Assembly (NCBI GenBank): GCA_035763705.1
Contig: DASUAU010000018.1
Location: 15-64,014 of the forward strand
DNA: 64,000 nucleotides
Direction: 5' to 3'
Source: Terracidiphilus sp.
GTDB taxonomy: Bacteria; Acidobacteriota; Terriglobia; Terriglobales; Acidobacteriaceae
Positions within the stretch are counted from its first letter, which is position 1; every line of letters starts with the position of its first letter. Under the pieces are notes generated by a model that ran no database searches, was not told where the DNA came from, and was given only the letters and a program-made list of their open reading frames with translations. Shown here piece by piece: positions 59,808-64,000 of the stretch. The position numbers were made by a program, and so were the translations under genes.

Positions 59808-59934
59808 GGCGTGTGTTACTCCTCTTGCGTTCTCAGTCCACTCTCAAGTGTCTATAGCAAGATTACCATGAATGGCCGTTCCGCGCCACGCGCCGGCCTT
59901 CCCTGCCCGCACGCGAACACCGTCTGCAAACCCC

Positions 59935-61008
59935 TCAATTCCCGCTGCCTTGCCCCGCACCGCCCGCCTGCAGCCAGTAGTTCGCCCGGGCCACAATCCG
60001 CGCTCCGTAGTCCTCGGTGGTCCGCACCCGGATGGTGTGCAGCCCCGGCGTCGGGTCCGACGGGCTGAAGGTAATCAGATAGCGGTTTCGCGCATCCCGC
60101 GCCGCCTCCATCACCCGCGCCTCAAAGCGCTTGTCGCCGCTGAAGGTCGTGTACTCGCCGCCGCTCAGCTCGGCAATCTCCTTGGCCACATTTTTCTTGA
60201 AGGCCTTCACCGCCATCACCAGCGTGGAAACCATGCTCAGCGTGCGGTCCTCGCCGTTATCGGCCAGGTCGTGCCGCAGCTCCGCGCCGGAGGGCGAAAA
60301 CGCCACCGACAGCACCAGCACATCCGTCAGCCCAATCTTCCGCACCAGGTCCTCGGGCCGCGTGTGCTTGCTGCCATGGTCCCGCTTCTCGCTGATCAGC
60401 AGCAGCACCCTGCGAAATCCACGCGGCTGCGAAGCCAGCAGGTCCGTCGCATAGTTGATCGTGTCCAGAATCGCCGCGCCGCCGTCGCCCGGCTGCAAAT
60501 GCCGCAGTGAGTCGTTCAGCGCATCGGACGAGTGCGCAAAGTCATTCATCAAATGCGGCGTCGAGTCAAAACCCACCAGCGCCGCCCGGCTCCGCCTGTC
60601 CACCAGAAACAAATCCAGCAGCGGTCCCAACTTGGCCAGCTTGCCAAACTCCAGCACGCTCGCGCCGCCTTCCTCCACCGCCACCACCAGCGCCACCGGC
60701 GCCGTATCCATCTCCGCCTGCACATGAATCTTCTGCGGAACGCCGTTGTCCTCAAGCGCAAAATCCTTCGGCTTCAGCCCGTAGAGAATCGCGCCGTTCT
60801 TCTTTTCCACCAGCGTCGGCACCAGCACTTCCGTCGTGGTCACGCTCACCGTCGGCGTCGGCATCTCCTCGCCCGGCATCGCCTTCGGCGGCTCCGGCGG
60901 AGGCAGCTTCTGCGCCCGCGCACTTGCGGCCGGCAACAGCAAAAGCAGCGCCGCGAAAACCGCCGCGAAAGCTTCCGCACGTCCGCGCGCCCATGCGTCT
61001 CTACACAC
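59935..61008 (-). CDS. Exported VWA-domain protein (Acidobacteria-type), degenerate MIDAS
   Basis: GLKPKDFALEDNGVPQ, AILDTI, RRVLLLISE..D.GS, LSGG, RYLITFSP, GLHTIRV. Confidence 0.8.
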   Translation of the reverse strand: MCRDAWARGRAEAFAAVFAALLLLLPAASARAQKLPPPEPPKAMPGEEMPTPTVSVTTTEVLVPTLVEKKNGAILYGLKPKDFALEDNGVPQKIHVQAEMDTAPVALVVAVEEGGASVLEFGKLAKLGPLLDLFLVDRRSRAALVGFDSTPHLMNDFAHSSDALNDSLRHLQPGDGGAAILDTINYATDLLASQPRGFRRVLLLISEKRDHGSKHTRPEDLVRKIGLTDVLVLSVAFSPSGAELRHDLADNGEDRTLSMVSTLVMAVKAFKKNVAKEIAELSGGEYTTFSGDKRFEARVMEAARDARNRYLITFSPSDPTPGLHTIRVRTTEDYGARIVARANYWLQAGGAGQGSGN

Positions 61009-61225
61009 GCTTGCGCGCCTCCCGCTCCATCTGGCCCGTCCACGCCAGAAAGCTCGCCAGCTCCCAGCGCGTGTTCCAAAAGAAGCTCAGCACATCCTTC
61101 GCGGTCAGCGATTCGGCATGCTTGCCGCTGTAGGTCTCTATCCGCCAGCGCAGATACTCGCTCTTCCACGGCTTCAGCCGGTGGCCGCGGGTCGCATTCC
61201 AGATGAATCGAAGCGGAGCAAGCAT
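61001..61225 (-). CDS. Small Trp/Arg-rich hypothetical protein overlapping the VWA gene start
   Basis: MLAPLRFIWNATRGHRLKPWKSEYLRWRIETYSG; host-like codons; GAGG SD and TATACT upstream. Confidence 0.7.
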   Translation of the reverse strand: MLAPLRFIWNATRGHRLKPWKSEYLRWRIETYSGKHAESLTAKDVLSFFWNTRWELASFLAWTGQMEREARKRV

Positions 61226-61356
61226 ACGGGCCCTCACTTCGAGTATATGCGAGGCCTTTATCATCTCCTATGCTGGGAGACTGCGCAGCTTGGGGTCAGC
61301 CACTGATAGGCCCCAGACTTGTTGACCAGTGCGGTTACGATGTAGACGAGGCCCAA

Positions 61357-61758
61357 ATGAACTCAGCAATTGAGTTACACGATTCCGAGTGTTTAGTAGT
61401 TGAATCGGATTCAGTCGGTAATGGCACAATTGTTCTTGATGCCTACGTTCACCGTTCAGATGGAGAGCCGTGTAAAACTCCGGGGGAAGGTGGAGTGCAG
61501 AGAGTGCGCTTCTTCGTGGAATTCATGAGGGTAGTAGGAGAGGTCGGCACATTACCCGGGACGATTTATGGCGGGTCGTTGGAAATTGACGGCTCGAATC
61601 TTGATTTGATTCCCTTGCCGTTTTCATCTGTCGGAAGTTGCAACTTGAGACTGTCGATCCTAGATGGAAGTGATTTTTACATTACCGGCAAGAATATGCA
61701 GGTCATCTCGGAGGGCGACTTCCGCTTCGTAGAACATAATGATTTTTCCGCGAATTGA
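61357..61758 (+). CDS. Hypothetical beta-rich protein, AT-richer than flanks
   Basis: GAGG SD, ATG 61357, 133-codon ORF beginning MNSAIELHDS. Confidence 0.65.
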   Translation: MNSAIELHDSECLVVESDSVGNGTIVLDAYVHRSDGEPCKTPGEGGVQRVRFFVEFMRVVGEVGTLPGTIYGGSLEIDGSNLDLIPLPFSSVGSCNLRLSILDGSDFYITGKNMQVISEGDFRFVEHNDFSAN

Positions 61759-61858
61759 TAATTGATTCGAGAAGTCTGAGCTTGTCGATAACTATCTGGA
61801 GACTGCGCTCGTCCAATTGCCGCACGCCGCAGGGAACATTACGCCCGGCGCACCCGGC

Positions 61859-62758
61859 TCACAGCTTGTCGAAGAGGCTGCCCGAGCCAATCTGCCCAAT
61901 CACCGCCTCCAGCGCCGCCTGCTGCGTCTTCACCAGCGAGAGCTGCGTCGCAATCGTCGGCAGGTCGGCCTGCATCAGCGCAGTCTGCGCCGCTGTCAGT
62001 TGCAATTGCTCGCCCGTCACCGCGTCGCTGGCTGAGGTCAGCCGCGTCAGCGAGTTGTCCAGCGTCACGCGCTGCTGCGAAACAAAGTTCAGCGCCGTGT
62101 CCAGCGCCTGCGTATCCGCCACCGTCGCCGCCGGGCTCGCGCCTGACGAGAAGTCCGCAATCGCCTTGTTCAGCGCGGCAAACACGTCGTTCGATCCGCC
62201 CGCGGTAAAGATCTGGTCTCCCGGCAGGTTCAGTTGAATCGTCTGTCCATTCGGCGTCTCCAATGAATTCACGCCGGAGTCGCCGTTGTAGGTTGTCGCC
62301 GCCGGCGTTGTCGCATTCGACAGCGAGAACGGCGCGGTCGAAGTCTGCTGTCCCGCAAAAATATACTGGCCCTGATAGCTCGAGTTCGCCAGCGACAGCA
62401 CCTCGTCGCGAATCCCCGAAAGCTGATTCGCAATCGACTGCAACTGGCTCTGGTTCAGCGTCCCGTTGTTGCCGCTGGTCGCCAGCGAAACCGCCTGCGT
62501 CAGTTGCGTCACCACCGCGCCCAGCGCCGAGTCGGTCACCTGCAACTGCCCCTGTACCAGGCTTGAGGTCTGCGTAAACGTGTCGTCCTTCTCAATCTGG
62601 TTCAGCAGCAGCACATTCTGCCCCGCCGCCACCGGATCCTCGCTCAGCTGGTTCACGCGCACGCCGCTGGAAAGCTCATTCGACAACTGGTCTTCGCTCG
62701 CCTGCGTCTGGTCCAGCGCGCCGGCAAGGTTCGTCACGTAATAGGGGTCGACCCGCAT
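61859..62758 (-). CDS. flgL: Flagellar hook-associated protein 3 FlgL
   Basis: LSSGVRVNQLSEDP, LANSSYQGQYIFAG, YNGD, SLFD C-terminus; follows flgK. Confidence 0.92.
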   Translation of the reverse strand: MRVDPYYVTNLAGALDQTQASEDQLSNELSSGVRVNQLSEDPVAAGQNVLLLNQIEKDDTFTQTSSLVQGQLQVTDSALGAVVTQLTQAVSLATSGNNGTLNQSQLQSIANQLSGIRDEVLSLANSSYQGQYIFAGQQTSTAPFSLSNATTPAATTYNGDSGVNSLETPNGQTIQLNLPGDQIFTAGGSNDVFAALNKAIADFSSGASPAATVADTQALDTALNFVSQQRVTLDNSLTRLTSASDAVTGEQLQLTAAQTALMQADLPTIATQLSLVKTQQAALEAVIGQIGSGSLFDKL

Positions 62759-62795
62759 CTTTCCGTCCTGCTCCTTCGCCTTGTTCGGCGCGCGG

Positions 62796-64000
62796 CTAGG
62801 AAACCGCCGTCTCCACGCCCATGTTCAGCGCCGACGCAATCACCGTGTTCAAAATCGAGAACACCTGCGACGCCGCCTGGTAGCTCCGCTCATACTGCTG
62901 CATCGCCGCCGCCTCGTCGTTCAGGTTCACGCCGCTCAGCGCGTCGCGCTGGCTCTGCAACTGCGTCACACTGGCGTTCTGCGCCGTGTTCTCCGTCTGC
63001 ACCTGCGATACAAGCGCGCCAAGCTGGCTCACAAACGCCGCAAAAAAATTCGTGGGCGTGTCGCCGTTCACAATTCCCTGGTTCGCCAGGTCCGCAATCG
63101 CCGTGGCGTTTGAGTTGTCGCCGGTGCCCGCGCCATTCGCCGCCGCCGCAATGTGGTTCGGGTCGGTCATCACCACGCTCATCGTGGCCGCGCTGCCCGC
63201 CGCCGCCGCCGGCTGATAAAAGATATCGCCCGCGCCGCCGTTGTCGCCCGCCAGGTCCGTGCCCGCATTGTTCTGCGTGTTCACCGCGGTCGACACGTTG
63301 TAGGCAAGCTCGTCCAGCGAGCTCAACGCATCCGGAATGTTCACGTCCCGCGCCGTCAGGTAGCCGCCCAGTTCGCCGCCGCCGCTGGTCAGTTCCGAGG
63401 TGATGTCCGTTCCGTTCACAAAGAAATGCGTCACGCCGCTCACCGGGCTGCTGGTCAGCTCGAAGCTCGCCGCCTGCGAGACCAGCAGCTGCCCGGAGGT
63501 GGTCGTCACCGAAAGCCCGTTGTTCTCCGTCTTCACTTCATTGATGCCGATCAGTTGCGAAAGCTGGTTCAGGTCCTGCTGGCGTTGGTCCTGGAGTGAG
63601 CTCGCATCGCCCGTCGCCCCGATGGTTTGAATCTGCTGGTTCAGCTTTGCAATCGCCGTCGTCAGCGCGTTCACCTGCGTGGTCACGCCTGCCGCTTCCT
63701 GGTCCAGCGCAGACTGCTGCTGGTTCAGGCTCGCTGCCGCGCTCGATACATCTCCCGCCAGCAACGCCGCCGACGAAAGCACCTGTTGCCGCAGCGCGGC
63801 ATTGGTCGGATTCGCTTCCAGCGATGAAAAGGAGCTGAAAAATTTCGTCAGGTCGCTGCCGATATCGCCTGCGCCCGCGCCCGCGCTGCCCGAGTCCGGC
63901 GTAAACAGCGATTGCAGCGTATTCAGCGCCGCCAGTTGCGCGCCCGAGCTCGAGGCAAGCTGCTGCTGCTGGTTCAGCCGCTGCTCCAGCACGCTGTCCC
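62796..64000 (-). CDS. flgK: Flagellar hook-associated protein 1 FlgK, 5'-truncated by window edge
   Basis: FFSSFSSL..NP....R, LQDQR...L..LS, SGVNLNDEAA....YERSYQAAS. Confidence 0.93.
   Translation of the reverse strand, partial: DSVLEQRLNQQQQLASSSGAQLAALNTLQSLFTPDSGSAGAGAGDIGSDLTKFFSSFSSLEANPTNAALRQQVLSSAALLAGDVSSAAASLNQQQSALDQEAAGVTTQVNALTTAIAKLNQQIQTIGATGDASSLQDQRQQDLNQLSQLIGINEVKTENNGLSVTTTSGQLLVSQAASFELTSSPVSGVTHFFVNGTDITSELTSGGGELGGYLTARDVNIPDALSSLDELAYNVSTAVNTQNNAGTDLAGDNGGAGDIFYQPAAAAGSAATMSVVMTDPNHIAAAANGAGTGDNSNATAIADLANQGIVNGDTPTNFFAAFVSQLGALVSQVQTENTAQNASVTQLQSQRDALSGVNLNDEAAAMQQYERSYQAASQVFSILNTVIASALNMGVETAVS

Overview
GC-rich bacterial chromosome segment, mostly core genome. 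Gene content, the GAAC-N7-GAAT LexA box and the repeat types suggest Acidobacteriota (Acidobacteriaceae-like); this is inference, not a database result. Housekeeping loci: ino1 (partial), accBC, murB, modABC, thrCB, trxA, lexA, miaB, carAB, lepB, murQ, murA, rpsO-pnp. A flagellar basal-body/hook operon (response regulator, sigma54 activator, flgBC-fliEFGHIJK-flgDE) lies mid-window and a second flagellar block (flgK-flgL) is at the right edge. I saw no rRNA, tRNA, CRISPR array, prophage or transposase, and no unambiguous new multi-gene system. The best leads are: (1) a 152-bp MITE with TIRs and a TTCA duplication sitting in the loop of a REP-like hairpin, carrying its own copy of that REP, with the composite separating vapB from vapC; (2) a structured RNA candidate between thrB and trxA; (3) an HTH-less sigma54 activator plus orphan OmpR-family regulator heading the flagellar operon, with -24/-12 promoters inside the operon; (4) a symmetric bidirectional -10 element shared by modA and thrC, plus many apparently leaderless genes; (5) several divergent proteins and AT-richer single-gene inserts.
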